Shown piece after piece: positions 20,282-30,202 of a stretch of 64,000 nt of DNA. This DNA comes from Nitrosopumilus sp. GTDB taxonomy: Archaea; Thermoproteota; Nitrososphaeria; Nitrososphaerales; Nitrosopumilaceae. The notes beneath the pieces are model-generated. The model saw only the letters and a program-made list of their open reading frames with translations. It searched no databases and was not told the origin of the DNA. Location: NCBI GenBank assembly GCA_965223425.1, contig OZ245003.1:608001-672000 (forward strand). The letters run 5' to 3'. Position 1 is the first letter of the stretch; each line of letters starts with the position of its first letter. The translations under genes were made by a program, and so were the position numbers.

Positions 20282-21463
20282 TTGTACACACCAAAGATCC
20301 GTACCGTTCGTAAACAACAGAAACTACATTCCGTCCAACCATCAATAATATCCCTGTTTACTTGCGGAATGGGTTTGGATCTAGGATTCGAAAAGGCAGG
20401 ATTTTCTACAAAGTATGCCAATGATATTACAAAATCTGCCTGTGACACCATAAGGGAGAACAGACCCAACATATCGTGTGATGAGGGAGACATTACAGAG
20501 ATATCATCATCCGAGATACTCCGAAAATCATCTATAAAACAAGAAGTAGATGTGATCATAGGAGGCCCACCATGCCAGTCTTTCTCTACTGCAGGCAAAA
20601 GAAAAGGATTTAATGACAAGCGTGGCTTTGCTCTCTTACAGTATATACGAATAATAAACGACATAAAGCCCAAACTCTTTGTCTTTGAGAATGTTCCAGG
20701 TCTTGTATCTGCAGCCAAAAAACATGTCTCGTTTTATGATAGAATGTCTAGCTCCGGCAAAAAGATCACCAATGACCAAAAATACGGTTCACTTTTTGAA
20801 GAAATCATCAATGATTTTAGAAAAATAAATGGATACCAAATAAAATGGAAGATGTTAAACGCTGCAGATTATGGAGTACCACAAAAGCGCAAAAGACTCG
20901 TACTTATGGGATCCAGAGTATTGAACCCCAATGTGATTTTTGATGAGATTGAAAAAGCAGCAAAATTTGCCGACCCAAAAGAAGCCAAAACAATTGGCAA
21001 GAAACCGTGGAGAACCCTCCGAGATGCATTGGACGGATTAGAGGATCATGAAAAAGAGCACATCAATTTTCCAAAATGGGGTCAGTATCTCAAATATGTG
21101 CCAGCTGGAGGTTGCTGGATTGATCTACCTAAGCATCTTAAAGAGAAAGCGATGGGAGGAGCTGCTGACTCGTCTGACCCAAAGAAGAAGGGCAAACAAG
21201 GAGGACGTCGTGGATTTTATCGCAGACTGTCATGGGATGCACCAGCTCCTACACTCATTACATCTCCTGCACAGCTTGGAAGCTGTATCTGCCATCCAGA
21301 TGAACTGCGTCCGCTAACAGTCAAAGAATATGCCAGACTACAGGGATTTCCAGACACATGGAATTTTGTGGGATCAACTAATCAGAAATACAGGATGATA
21401 GGAGAGGCAGTACCAGTAGAGCTTGCAAGGATCATAGCTTCTGCGATAAAGAAATTCCTCTAG
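20282..21463 (+). CDS. C5-cytosine DNA methyltransferase (intact)
   Basis: SLFTCGMG, GGPPCQSFS, FENVPG, YGVPQKRKR, RLQGFP; TRD GGRRGFYRRLSWD resembles GGWCC/GGNCC-type enzymes. Confidence 0.95.
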   Translation: MYTPKIRTVRKQQKLHSVQPSIISLFTCGMGLDLGFEKAGFSTKYANDITKSACDTIRENRPNISCDEGDITEISSSEILRKSSIKQEVDVIIGGPPCQSFSTAGKRKGFNDKRGFALLQYIRIINDIKPKLFVFENVPGLVSAAKKHVSFYDRMSSSGKKITNDQKYGSLFEEIINDFRKINGYQIKWKMLNAADYGVPQKRKRLVLMGSRVLNPNVIFDEIEKAAKFADPKEAKTIGKKPWRTLRDALDGLEDHEKEHINFPKWGQYLKYVPAGGCWIDLPKHLKEKAMGGAADSSDPKKKGKQGGRRGFYRRLSWDAPAPTLITSPAQLGSCICHPDELRPLTVKEYARLQGFPDTWNFVGSTNQKYRMIGEAVPVELARIIASAIKKFL

Positions 21464-21487
21464 TCTGTTAAAATATTTTGTATATGG

Positions 21488-22141
21488 TCACAGTACAGAG
21501 TCTAGATATTTTTGCACGCCCTGTTCTCCTTTACCGTACAGTTCCTCAAACTGATCGGTAAGATCTGTTATGACCTTTTGTATCTCTTTTTCTATGGAGC
21601 TTTGATGTAAAATATCAGTTGCTGTGATGTCTATCCAGTTTAGAACCTGCAGGTGATAGTCCTTCTCATCACTTACAAAATCCCACAATTCGCGTCCTAC
21701 AAGCAGTCTCTTTTCCCAATCTTTCATGTATTTTCTGACCAGTCCCAAAGAGACGGTGTTCAGATCACGCTTGCCATATGTAATTCCAAGTCTGGCAAAG
21801 TTGCCTTTCTTTGATTCTGTGTCATCGAACTTTGTGTTGAATCTCTCTATCTGATCTCGATTGACATTGTTAGGGCCGCTTTTTACCTGTATCCAGTATG
21901 TAAGATCACCTGCCTCCTTGACAACATCATACCATTCCCCTCTTTCTCCCATGCGGGCTGTTCCACTGCTTCCGATCATATATTCAAGGGACATGCCCAT
22001 GCTAGTTACTATGGATCTGGTAACTGCTTGATACACGTTGAACCTGATCACCTCATCAGGTGTTTTGAGGTTGAGAACTCGGATTAGAAAGGGATTCATG
22101 TTTATCCTTTCCAACTTTGTGTTCTTCACATTGTGCATCAT
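21488..22141 (-). CDS. Type II restriction endonuclease (EcoO109I/PmeII-like), 5' end hit by MITE
   Basis: NPFL, TSMG..LE, D...IQVKSGPN PD-(D/E)XK motif; convergent with methylase. Confidence 0.7.
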   Translation of the reverse strand: MMHNVKNTKLERINMNPFLIRVLNLKTPDEVIRFNVYQAVTRSIVTSMGMSLEYMIGSSGTARMGERGEWYDVVKEAGDLTYWIQVKSGPNNVNRDQIERFNTKFDDTESKKGNFARLGITYGKRDLNTVSLGLVRKYMKDWEKRLLVGRELWDFVSDEKDYHLQVLNWIDITATDILHQSSIEKEIQKVITDLTDQFEELYGKGEQGVQKYLDSVL

Positions 22142-22152
22142 TTTATGGATTA

Positions 22153-22249
22153 GACCTTATGCGTAATCGACTAAGAATTCAAAATCAAATTGGTTTACTA
22201 AGGCAAAAATCATCTCGCAATATTAGTTTGATCGATTATGCATAAGGTC
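22153..22249. mobile_element. MITE related to ISL2-like element
   Basis: TIR GACCTTATGCRTAATCGA similar to TIR at 15161; TA on both sides. Confidence 0.85.
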
Positions 22250-22469
22250 TAATACTTCTTTAAAAAGACGCTGGCACAAAAAAATTGAAAATACTGCATC
22301 CTCTTGTCCAATTTGAAAATGCCTAAATATGGAAGAATCAGGTTGGAATTGTAGAAAAATTGCTCAATCTTTTAGTGTTTCCATTCAACAAGTATACGAA
22401 AACTTCCAACCTATACATGCAGGTAAGCAAGAAAAAATGAGGAAAGAATAACTTACCAAGTGAATAATT

Positions 22470-22700
22470 ATGGCTTATGAAATTTCAACTTTAATGACTA
22501 ATAGTAAAGAAAAAACTGTTTTACTTAGAATGAGAAACAGCAAAACTATTCAGGGAACTCTCAAAGACTTTGACATTCATATGAATCTGACTTTGGAAGA
22601 TACTGAAGACACAACTGATGAAACACCCGTAAAACTTGGAACTGTTTTGATACGTGGTGATAATATTTTAGCAGTTTCCATTCCTGTGGAAGAATCTTAA
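22470..22700 (+). CDS. Sm-like (Lsm) RNA-binding protein
   Basis: GTLKDFDIHMNLTL (Sm1), LIRGDNI (Sm2). Confidence 0.95.
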   Translation: MAYEISTLMTNSKEKTVLLRMRNSKTIQGTLKDFDIHMNLTLEDTEDTTDETPVKLGTVLIRGDNILAVSIPVEES

Positions 22701-22734
22701 CAAAAAATTATTCCTTAAACATTAAATTCAATCT

Positions 22735-23931
22735 TTGGTAAGTTTTATCATGCAACTATTTCTAGTGTTTTTTTCATTGATTCTTTTTCCAGCATTTGGA
22801 GAGCCAATCCCTGATTATGATAATCCCTATTCTCCAATTTTCACAGATAATCCAAAATATTCTTGGACTGACAAAATAAAAATGACTATTATATCTCCAA
22901 GTTGGAACAGTGACAGACATCTAATTGATTCAATCGGAGATACTGAAGACCATCCAATAAAAATTTCAACAAGGGATCATTCTCTAGAACCCTACCGGTT
23001 TACTGAAACAGACGTTAATTCAGGAATTTTTACTGCTGAGATTATTCTTACAGGTTTTTCACATGATGCTAATGGTGATGGCAATATTGATACCACTCCT
23101 AGAACAACTGGTAGTGGTCCGACAAGTGGATTTTTAGAAGTTGATAGAGATTCAGCTGTTACCATCTCTTTTGAATTTGCAGATGGGGTAGTATTGATTG
23201 AATCCGTTCCTGTAAGTTGGAATCTTGGTACGATCCAATTTTTAAATGAGATTTTTTTTACAGACGAGTCTGCAATGATTCGTGTAGTTGATTTTGATAT
23301 GAATCTAAATCCTGAGGCATTAGATACAGTCCAAATCAAACTTGTTTCAGATTCTGATGTTGCAGGAATTAAAGTTGATGCTATAGAAACATCTGAAAGC
23401 TCTGGATCATTTATTGCCACAATTTCTTTCTCCCAAACTTTGCCTTCTAGTGGAAATAGACTTTATGCTCTGCTTGGGGATGAAATAACTGCACAATATG
23501 ATGACCACACATTACCGAAACCATATTCTACATCAGATAATTTGACAATTAAAAATTTTGCAAAAGTTGATTCATCTATTCGTCCAATTGACAGATTAGA
23601 AAATCTTCCTGTTGTTTTCTCTGATGGTCTTGGTAACGAACTACAATCTTTTTCCACAAATAATCAAATGCAAATAGTTGGAACTATAGTAAATGAACAT
23701 GATTTTAAACAGAAATTTGTTTACCTCTTCCAAGTAAAAAATTCTACAAACTCTGTTGAATCAATTTCATGGGTTCAAGGCGAACTATCCCCAGACCAAA
23801 GTCTAGACATTTCGCAATCTTGGCTTCCTGAAAACTCTGGAACATATACAGTTGAAACTTTTGTTTGGAGTTCTTTTACTGATCCAACAGCATTGGCACG
23901 TTTAACATCTACTTCAATTACTGTTGATTAA
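22735..23931 (+). CDS. Secreted/surface hypothetical protein
   Basis: Signal peptide, ET..(N/S)SG.F repeats, C-terminal ETFVW Ig-like domain. Confidence 0.75.
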   Translation: MVSFIMQLFLVFFSLILFPAFGEPIPDYDNPYSPIFTDNPKYSWTDKIKMTIISPSWNSDRHLIDSIGDTEDHPIKISTRDHSLEPYRFTETDVNSGIFTAEIILTGFSHDANGDGNIDTTPRTTGSGPTSGFLEVDRDSAVTISFEFADGVVLIESVPVSWNLGTIQFLNEIFFTDESAMIRVVDFDMNLNPEALDTVQIKLVSDSDVAGIKVDAIETSESSGSFIATISFSQTLPSSGNRLYALLGDEITAQYDDHTLPKPYSTSDNLTIKNFAKVDSSIRPIDRLENLPVVFSDGLGNELQSFSTNNQMQIVGTIVNEHDFKQKFVYLFQVKNSTNSVESISWVQGELSPDQSLDISQSWLPENSGTYTVETFVWSSFTDPTALARLTSTSITVD

Positions 23932-24104
23932 AAAAGTATGATCTCTATGTGATTATTAAATAGAAAATTACGTTTTTACTCGTGTGTTAGGATGCCTGTT
24001 AGGAATAGATTAATGCTAACCGCTACCTCCTTTAATTTTTACAGAAGTTTTTGCCACCACGAAGACTGATATACAGCACATACGTACAATGTACGTGTGT
24101 TGAT

Positions 24105-24248
24105 ATGGTGTTAAGGGACGTAAAACCGTTAGATAAAAAGCAGTGGGACAGACTACAAGAACTCATGAAGAGGGGTTCTTCTAAAAAACAATTACAGACC
24201 ATTAAAGAATCCAATCAAAGCCTAAAAGACGTTAATGTGGAATTCTAA
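24105..24248 (+). CDS. Small putative antitoxin of GNAT TA pair
   Basis: LDKKQWDRLQELM resembles DUF1778-type antitoxin C-terminus; stop overlaps start position of GNAT gene. Confidence 0.5.
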   Translation: MVLRDVKPLDKKQWDRLQELMKRGSSKKQLQTIKESNQSLKDVNVEF

Positions 24249-24825
24249 TCTTTCTAGAAAAACTGTCTGAGCAGTTTCCAAGAATTGACTTTAACGATAA
24301 CGCCTTGGTTAGGTTCCAAAGAGTCAAAGATCCTAAAGACCTTGATGGATTTACTTCGGAGGTCGCAGAGTTCAATGATTACATTGGGCCAGAAATGATG
24401 TTCGATTTGGAACAACATCTTACAAAAATTTACAGCGTAAAGATTGCAGGACAGGTTGCAGGTTATTTTGATTTGGCCATGGCTTACCTTAAAAGTAATG
24501 CAACCCCTCAAATTGCAGAAAAGGCAATTACAAGTAACGTTCCGGCGCTGCTGATTAGCCGTCTTGCAGTCGACGTGGTGTTTCAGGGATATGGTGTCGG
24601 GAGGGCAATGATACATGTGGTTTTAAAAGAACTATAGTCCCAAAATTAAAAAAAATCTCAGGATGCAGATATCTGATGTTAAATCCCCGTGATGATGAAG
24701 GTGTGCGGGTTTTTTACACAAAGCTTGGATTTGAATATATTGAAAAACTCAAAGACGGTGGAGAGCCTGACAACGAATCTGATGCCTTTCTGTTTGATTT
24801 GATTGATGTCTCTGAAGAACCCTGA
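24248..24825 (+). pseudogene. GNAT acetyltransferase toxin, ATC at expected start, frameshift near 24625
   Basis: VPALLISRLAVD..FQGYGVG; continuation GCRYLMLNP...FYTKLGF in -1 frame. Confidence 0.8.
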
Positions 24826-24854
24826 TATCAGGATAGTTTTTAGAATTTGTTTGG

Positions 24855-25205
24855 GTGTATGTCGATAACCTGGCAGTACTAGCCACCACAATCGCAATAG
24901 CTGTAACGGCAGCTCTCTTTCTTTTTGTAACTCCTACCATGTTTTGTTGCCCAAGACAAATTAATAAAAATTATGCTTTTTGGATAAAACTCTTGGGTGA
25001 ACTATCTGATGTTGTTTTCCAATGTGATCACGACTGTGTGGGTTTTGCAAAGGACAACGGTTTGCGTTACAGCAAAAAAGGAGACATGCACACGCTGTCT
25101 GATATTGTAGCGTGGGCCAACAACAAGAACAGGGAGCCAAAGGGAGTAATTTCGATGGATCTAACAACCCTGCTTGAAGTGGAGCTGAAAAAGGTTTTGA
25201 TATGA
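24855..25205 (+). CDS. Hypothetical protein; C-terminal half weakly DUF3800/RNase H-like, probably a fragment
   Basis: FQCDHD and TLSDIVAWAN resemble acidic motifs of DUF3800; N-terminal DxSG motif absent. Confidence 0.35.
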   Translation: MYVDNLAVLATTIAIAVTAALFLFVTPTMFCCPRQINKNYAFWIKLLGELSDVVFQCDHDCVGFAKDNGLRYSKKGDMHTLSDIVAWANNKNREPKGVISMDLTTLLEVELKKVLI

Positions 25206-25211
25206 ATAGAG

Positions 25212-25279
25212 CCGTACTCACATGAGCCCTTGGTTCGCCAACTGGACTAACCCCGTTGACCCAAGGGATTCGAGTACGG
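25212..25279 (-). ncRNA. Candidate structured RNA convergent to ORF 24855-25205
   Basis: Nested stems CCGUACUC/GAGUACGG, CCCUUGG/CCAAGGG, GUCAAC/GUUGGC (G-U only on minus strand); BRE-TATA at 25316-25304. Confidence 0.55.
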
Positions 25280-25323
25280 ATATTACATATTGGTAGTTGA
25301 TGCTATAAACTTTTTTGTTGTTT

Positions 25324-25422
25324 CAGCTAAGCGAAATGTACCTCAAATCTGACACTAGATCAGCGGTTTGAACCTGCACATGAGAAGCGATTTCCTTAAT
25401 CATAGTACATTTCGCTTAGCTG
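25324..25422. mobile_element. MITE with CAG ends (ISH3/IS4-like)
   Basis: Perfect 18-bp TIR CAGCTAAGCGAAATGTAC; 5-bp TSD TGTTT. Confidence 0.9.
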
Positions 25423-25473
25423 TGTTTTAGGGTACATTCCTCAGATCCCCTGGCATGAGTCATGGATTCACAC

Positions 25474-25553
25474 GTATGACTTCACGTTCCCCTGAAATCA
25501 GGCGTAAATTTCATACGATAGATGTTTTTTACACAGGGTAGGTGAAGTCATAC
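25474..25553. mobile_element. IS66-derived MITE
   Basis: 12-bp TIR GTATGACTTCAC similar to IS66 ends at 31423/32980; 8-bp TSD ATTCACAC. Confidence 0.9.
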
Positions 25554-26116
25554 ATTCACACCTACATTTTGTTCAAATAGGTTCATTTGATCGTCAGTAT
25601 AAATAGGATCTGAGGATGTACGTTTTGAATCACTACCTTGGGAAATCTCTGAATTACTGGCCCATATTAAAAATACAAAAATAGCTCCGCGTACACCATA
25701 CCGTGTGACAGGATGGATAGGGAAATATCCAATACCCTCTGGCAGAAAATGTCTAGCCATGATTAGTCTAAACAAACAGACGGACGGGGGAATAACCAAT
25801 ATCCCGTAGGGCCAAGTGCTCTCATCATGGATGTCCTGTCACGCAAAATCTGTAAGCATTGATTTGGACTTGTCTTTCTTGAATTTGAAACACGGGTTCC
25901 CAAAGGTGGTAATGGTTACCGTTATTGGAGATGATATCATGATATACAACCACAAATATGGTGTGTGTAGATTCTCACTGTCCATACTACAGGACTACAG
26001 TTGTAATATATGGAAAGTAGGTCCGCTAGTCATCTGCATCTCTCTTCATCCATTTTGGGTCACTTTTTCTGATCGCTTCTGGTACTTTTTTGTTACTAAA
26101 TGCCTGCAATGGAACC

Positions 26117-27040
26117 TCAGTTCTCAATGTCCAGTGAAAAGTGCAGCCTTTTCTCGTTGTAATGGCCGACATACTTTCTCAGGCTCTCATAGTGCCATAT
26201 CTCATCTTCGATACTGCGGTGAAGGCGCTCCAGCTTCCGTTGGTCTGCAGTGGTACGGCCTGGAGTTATCAGTATGATGTCCTTTTGCAGAAGCTCCTCC
26301 TCAAAGGGGGTTGGTCTCCACGTTCTGCCTTCTTTTGATTTCTTCTTCTTCTTCCTGCCGTTCTGTCCTACAAAGCACGAGCCGTTATCAGACAGTATGG
26401 ATGCAGGCGCACCAAACCTCTTGATTGCAAGCCTGAGTGTCATTACCGCATTCTCTGAGGTGGCATGCTCAAACAATGCAGCACCAGTAATGCATCTTGA
26501 GGCATCATCAAGATACGTGACTAGCTGCAGTCCCTTAAAGCGCGGATCCTTCATGGCATGCCAGTCCACATGCCACATGGCATTGGAGTATTTTCGCTCA
26601 AAGCGGACGTACTTGCGCTTCTTTGACTTTGCAGCAGATGGTGCCACCATGCCGTTCTTTTTCATTATGCGGTATACTGCGCAGTAGCTTATGTCGTATT
26701 GTCCCTCAGTCTTTTTGCAGTGCGCAGAACCCCCACAGGGTCGTCCCGGTGCGCCCCAGTTACAAGGCGCATCTGGGCAGATGTGGCTGGGACATGCGGC
26801 CTGCCCATCTTCATGCGCGTTGTTCTGATTGTCGGAACCTGGCCCAGCCTTCGCACATGCCTTGCAGTGATGCCAAGATCTCGGGCTATCTGGGAGGGAA
26901 CGACTCCTTTTTTGCGCTGCCTGATTATGTGTTGCCGTGATTTTTCTGTCAGTCTTTTTGTCATGGATTTTTGTGATCGATACAGCCTGAAATAGTCAGC
27001 TGTTGTCCTTCTGATTTTAGGCGGACTGACTTTTCGTACA
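26117..27040 (-). mobile_element. IS481-family element, frameshifted and 3'-truncated
   Basis: YVRFERKYSNAMWHVD, YLDDASR, ILSDNGSCF, KLERLHRS; TGTA-type end at 27040. Confidence 0.85.
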
Positions 27041-27108
27041 ATTGATTGTACATCATTTTTCAATAAACCTATAAAGCCCCGTTAAGACGATCGTCATTAA
27101 GGTAAAAC

Positions 27109-27432
27109 ATGAGTAAGATACTTGAAAAATCATTGAAAGACTCCCTCAAAGAAGACAAATTGACAATGGGTGCTAAACAAGTTTTGAACTCTGTAAAAAA
27201 TTCCAAGCTAGTTGTATTGTCTCAATCAGTTGAAAAAGAAATGTTTGAGAAAATTGAATCAGATGCAAAAAAAGAAAAAATACCATTAGTGAACTTTCAA
27301 GGGACATCAGTCGCATTAGGCAGACTATGCGGCTTGCAATTTAGAATTTCAACAATTTCATTTACATCAATAACTGATGCAAACATCAAGTCCATTCTAA
27401 AAGATACAGAAGCTGAGGAAAAAAATGAGTAG
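27109..27432 (+). CDS. rpl30e: Ribosomal protein L30e
   Basis: L7Ae/L30e fold, GTSVALGRLCG; position before nusA. Confidence 0.92.
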   Translation: MSKILEKSLKDSLKEDKLTMGAKQVLNSVKNSKLVVLSQSVEKEMFEKIESDAKKEKIPLVNFQGTSVALGRLCGLQFRISTISFTSITDANIKSILKDTEAEEKNE

Positions 27433-27496
27433 TTGCATTTTATTTTATGAAAGTTTAAATGAGACATTTTTTGTTCGGAGATAAAAAGGAATTCTA

Positions 27497-27961
27497 ATGA
27501 CACAATCAATTAAACTAACAACTGATCAAATGCGTATGATGTCTCTTTTCCAAAATGTTACCGGCGCAACTGCACGAGACTGTATAGAAGATGAAAAACA
27601 AGACAGGGTAATTTTTGTAGTTAACTCAGGTAAAATGGGTCTGGCAATTGGCAAGGGCGGAACTCACATCAAATCATTACAAAACATTGTAAAGAGAAAT
27701 GTCGAATTGGTGGAATTTGATGACGATCCAGCAAAATTTTTGTCCGGTTTGCTTAATTCAAAACTAGTTTCTGAAGTAAAAATAAACACACGACCAGATG
27801 GGTCACAACAAGCAATTGTTACAGTGGATCCAAGAAAGAAAGGAATTGTCGTTGGAAGAGAGGGCAGAAATGCCGAAAAGGCAAGACTACTTGCAAAACG
27901 ATATTTCAACATTACACACGTATTGATTAACAGTCCCGAAAAAGCAACCTTGGAGATGTAA
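27497..27961 (+). CDS. nusA: NusA-like KH-domain transcription factor
   Basis: GLAIGKGG and VVGREG KH motifs; operon context. Confidence 0.95.
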   Translation: MTQSIKLTTDQMRMMSLFQNVTGATARDCIEDEKQDRVIFVVNSGKMGLAIGKGGTHIKSLQNIVKRNVELVEFDDDPAKFLSGLLNSKLVSEVKINTRPDGSQQAIVTVDPRKKGIVVGREGRNAEKARLLAKRYFNITHVLINSPEKATLEM

Positions 27962-27964
27962 GAT

Positions 27965-28402
27965 ATGAGAAAATCACCACTTGGGTTATTTGCAGGACGG
28001 GTTTTGACCGCTAAAAAAAAGAGACAGAGATGGGCAATTTCTACTTACAAAAGAAGAGAGCTTGGTATTGATAAGAAAGCTGATCCTCTTGGCGGTGCAC
28101 CGCAAGCCCGAGGTATTGTTTTAGAAAAAGTTGGCATTGCAGCAAAACAACCAAACTCTGCTGTAAGGAAATGTGTTAGAGTTCAATTGATTAAAAATGG
28201 CAAGACAGTTACGGCATTTTTGCCTCGAGATGGTGCAATGAACTTTATTGACGAACATGATGAAGTTCACATTCAGGGTATGGGTGCAACACAAGGTGGT
28301 GCAATGGGAGATATTCCTGGAGTCAGATTCAAAGTTTTCAAAGTTAATGGCACATCACTTCATGAACTAGTAATTGGTAAAAAGGAGAAACCAAGGAGAT
28401 AG
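27965..28402 (+). CDS. rps12: 30S ribosomal protein S12
   Basis: [25 protein letters not shown]. Confidence 0.99.
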   Translation: MRKSPLGLFAGRVLTAKKKRQRWAISTYKRRELGIDKKADPLGGAPQARGIVLEKVGIAAKQPNSAVRKCVRVQLIKNGKTVTAFLPRDGAMNFIDEHDEVHIQGMGATQGGAMGDIPGVRFKVFKVNGTSLHELVIGKKEKPRR

Positions 28403-28404
28403 AA

Positions 28405-29004
28405 ATGGCACAAACAAAGAATTTGCTATTATTTAGAAAGTGGGACTTGTCTGATATTGAGATTAAGGATCCGGGATTAAAAACTGCAATCTCGCTAAGA
28501 AAACAAATTTTACCTTATACGTACGGCCGTTCTGCACTCAAGCGATTCAATAAAGCTGATGTTAACATTGTTGAGCGATTGATTAACAAAACTATGCACT
28601 TTGGAAAAAAATATGCAAAAAACACCGGAAGGATGACTGGTAAAAAAACCAAAGTTCTTAACACCGTAAAAACAGCATTTGATATTATTGCACTTAAAAC
28701 TGGTCAAAACCCAGTTGAAGTTTTAGTTAGAGCAGTGGAATTCTCTGCTCCTAACGAAGATACTACTAGAATTGTTTATGGCGGAACAGTTTACCATGTT
28801 TCAGTTGATGTTGCCCCAATCCGACGAGTCGATTTGGCTCTGAAATTCATTTCAGATGCAATTAAAGAATCAACATTTTCCAATCCCAAGCCAATCGAAG
28901 AACATATGGCCGAACAACTTATCCTTTCGGCATCAAATGATCCTAATGCTCCTTCTGTAAAGAAGAAAAATGAGCTAGAACGCATAGCACAAGCATCCAG
29001 ATAG
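28405..29004 (+). CDS. rps7: 30S ribosomal protein S7
   Basis: VDVAPIRRVDLAL, KKNELERIA. Confidence 0.98.
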   Translation: MAQTKNLLLFRKWDLSDIEIKDPGLKTAISLRKQILPYTYGRSALKRFNKADVNIVERLINKTMHFGKKYAKNTGRMTGKKTKVLNTVKTAFDIIALKTGQNPVEVLVRAVEFSAPNEDTTRIVYGGTVYHVSVDVAPIRRVDLALKFISDAIKESTFSNPKPIEEHMAEQLILSASNDPNAPSVKKKNELERIAQASR

Positions 29005-29011
29005 GAATCAG

Positions 29012-29099
29012 TAGCCCGAGGCAGATTCGAACTGCCGTCTCTGCCTATCCACTCTTGAGATCCAGAGGGCAGAATCCTTGACCACTAGACTATCGGGCT
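29012..29099 (-). tRNA. tRNA-Gln(CTG) with about 15-nt intron at 37/38 (approx. 29047-29061)
   Basis: Acceptor AGCCCGA/TCGGGCT, anticodon stem CTGCC/GGCAG, T-loop TTCGAAT. Confidence 0.92.
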
Positions 29100-29144
29100 A
29101 CCAAAATAAATTCTGATGTTTTAGAATATATTCATTTATCGCAA

Positions 29145-29480
29145 TCATTTTTGTCTGACCTCGTGAATTACAGTTGCATAGTCACATTTAGCTTTTAGTC
29201 TCATGTATGGAATTAGCCTATAGTGAATCGAGTAGCCGTTATTTTCTTTTCGCAAAATCCCTTTCTGCATTAAAGATACTAATCCCCGTGATGGAATTGT
29301 AATTGAAATGTTCTTTTGTTTACAGATTTCATCACGCTTGTTTTGAAATTGTTTTAGTGAAAATTCAACATCATTAATTTCTAAAATTAAGGGCCAAACA
29401 ATTTCAGCCCATACAAACCTTCTATTCTCTGTGGCCGAAGCATATTTTCCTTTTTCACTCAACATTAATAACATCTGCAA
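29145..29480 (-). CDS. Hypothetical protein (possible winged helix)
   Basis: 111-aa ORF with host-like composition; start uncertain. Confidence 0.6.
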   Translation of the reverse strand: MQMLLMLSEKGKYASATENRRFVWAEIVWPLILEINDVEFSLKQFQNKRDEICKQKNISITIPSRGLVSLMQKGILRKENNGYSIHYRLIPYMRLKAKCDYATVIHEVRQK

Positions 29481-29497
29481 AAGATGTTATAACTTGA

Positions 29498-30202
29498 TTG
29501 TCTCAAAGTGAAATTAAAGAGTCCCTTGACTTGTTGCAAAAAGATTGGGATGTAGACCAAATTTTACGAAAATTTATGCTGGGGGAAATTACTGATGTCT
29601 CAGATTATCCAATCAAAGTCAGAAATGTAATTTTTCATGTTCCCTATCTAAATTCTGAAAAGAAATATATCTTGTGGAAATGCTTTTGGCCTGACTGCCA
29701 TAACTGCTGTGACAGACAGGGCAGACTCCCATTGACCTCTGATGATTTAATCACTATAGGAAAGGGTCTGAAATATCAAAAACACGCAGATTTTATAAAA
29801 AATGAGACACTTACCGTAACCTACCAGGAAGCGGGCCCTTCAAGACAAATAACAACAATGACTACTGTTAATCTAAAAAGAAAAAAAGATGAAACAGAGG
29901 CTGATGATGGAACTCATATCTCATGCAGGTTTTTAGATGAAAAAGGAGGCTGTAGCATGCATCCTGATAGACCCGGAGTGTGCTATCTTTATCCGTTTTC
30001 CACTTGGCTTGAAAATGAAAAGGGAACGGCACGCGTACATGCCACCTATCAATTTACAGGTGACTGTCCGGGATTTTATCTTGCAGAGAATTTAGAACCC
30101 ATGAAAGAAGAATTCAAGGAATACTCGAAAATTATTTACGATTACAATATGGCATCAAATAGAACTAGTCGAGAGGGATTCGGCTCAGTAAGTTTTGGTT
30201 AG
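29498..30202 (+). CDS. YkgJ-family cysteine-cluster protein
   Basis: C..CHNCC, CRFLD..GGCSMH..RP.VC.LYPF, CPG. Confidence 0.85.
   Translation: MSQSEIKESLDLLQKDWDVDQILRKFMLGEITDVSDYPIKVRNVIFHVPYLNSEKKYILWKCFWPDCHNCCDRQGRLPLTSDDLITIGKGLKYQKHADFIKNETLTVTYQEAGPSRQITTMTTVNLKRKKDETEADDGTHISCRFLDEKGGCSMHPDRPGVCYLYPFSTWLENEKGTARVHATYQFTGDCPGFYLAENLEPMKEEFKEYSKIIYDYNMASNRTSREGFGSVSFG

Noticed and set aside
13095-27108. One 14-kb element splitting rpoA from rpl30e
   Set aside because: Host-like lsm and surface-protein genes lie in the middle and no flanking att repeat was seen; better read as two separate accessory patches
29047-29061. tRNA intron
   Set aside because: Canonical 37/38 archaeal intron; no duplicated tRNA end indicating integration
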